Shown here: positions 63,760 to 64,000 of the stretch, piece by piece
Layout of the letters: the number at the start of each line of letters is the position of its first letter
Position numbering within the stretch: the first letter of the stretch is position 1
Origin: an uncultured cyanobacterium
Lineage (GTDB): Bacteria; Cyanobacteriota; Cyanobacteriia; Cyanobacteriales; CAWCAG01
Assembly: GCA_963803805.1 (NCBI GenBank)
Contig: CAWDOD010000011.1
Coordinates: 1-64,000 of the forward strand
Length of the DNA stretch: 64,000 bases
Direction of reading: 5' to 3'
Made by a program: the position numbers and the translations under genes
Notes under the pieces: model-generated
The model's input: the letters and a program-made list of their open reading frames with translations, nothing else
Database searches by the model: none
What the model was told of the DNA's origin: nothing

Positions 63760-64000
63760 ATGAATAGCATAAGTATTAGTGAAGCGGTTAGAAAATTACC
63801 ACAACTTGTTGAAAAAAACTCTGAAGAGAATAAAGTGATTACTTTAACTGAAGACGGGCAAGCAAAAGCAGTTTTACTTAACTGGGAAATGTTTGAGTAT
63901 CTAATTGGTATTAAAAAATATTTACGAAAAGAGCTATTACCTTTAGAAAAATTAGAAAACAGCATGAGAAATTCTCTGAAAGAGGCAGGGTATAATTCCC
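63760..64000 (+). CDS. Phd/YefM-family antitoxin, 3' end outside window (absent from the ORF track)
   Basis: Translates MNSISISEAVRKLPQLVEKNSEENKVITLTEDGQAKAVLLNWEMFE..., the Phd N-terminal pattern. Confidence 0.7.
   Translation, partial: MNSISISEAVRKLPQLVEKNSEENKVITLTEDGQAKAVLLNWEMFEYLIGIKKYLRKELLPLEKLENSMRNSLKEAGYNS

Larger units (their letters stand above)
1..64000. repeat. HIP1 octamer GCGATCGC dispersed through the window
   Basis: Many copies in coding and non-coding DNA (e.g. 1259, 1623, 8762, 36464), far more than expected in AT-rich DNA; not counted exactly. Confidence 0.95.

Noticed and set aside
63544-63965. Minus-strand ORFs 63544-63744 and 63735-63965
   Set aside because: No motifs; the second is antisense to the Phd-like ORF starting at 63760
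1-64000. tRNA or rRNA genes
   Set aside because: No cloverleaf, T-loop or rRNA-like sequence recognised in any intergenic region; tRNAscan-SE or Infernal would be needed to exclude them formally

Overview
A 64-kb AT-rich chromosomal window from a cyanobacterium, judged from the very frequent HIP1 octamer GCGATCGC, STRR-type short repeats, and ndhF1/ndhD1, trxC, rbcR and class II fba. Most of it is core or housekeeping genes (fba, pepN, gloB, ppgK, S1 protein, recR, NDH-1 subunits, two Trk K+ uptake clusters, signalling proteins) interspersed with MITE/REP debris. Four stretches stand out. (1) A three-gene operon at 37.9-42.7 kb encodes a TPR-CHAT (caspase-like) protease with an intact His/Cys dyad, a small helical protein and a CorA-like two-TM membrane protein; this is a candidate protease-activated defence or cell-death system resembling CATRA-type systems. 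(2) Directly upstream of recR lies a seven-unit, ~135-bp tandem array, each unit carrying one REP hairpin and one HIP1 site. (3) A 1332-aa amino-methyltransferase (Type IIG-like) is fused to a C-terminal Schlafen/AlbA_2 domain and sits next to xisH/xisI and a Phd-type antitoxin. (4) A HepA-like ABC exporter carries a HisKA-like tail. Also present are a decayed NACHT-pentapeptide gene, an IS4 remnant, a truncated hydrolase and two single-base homopolymer frameshifts that may be assembly errors. No rRNA, tRNA or CRISPR array was seen. All family calls come from motif recognition by eye; no database searches were run.
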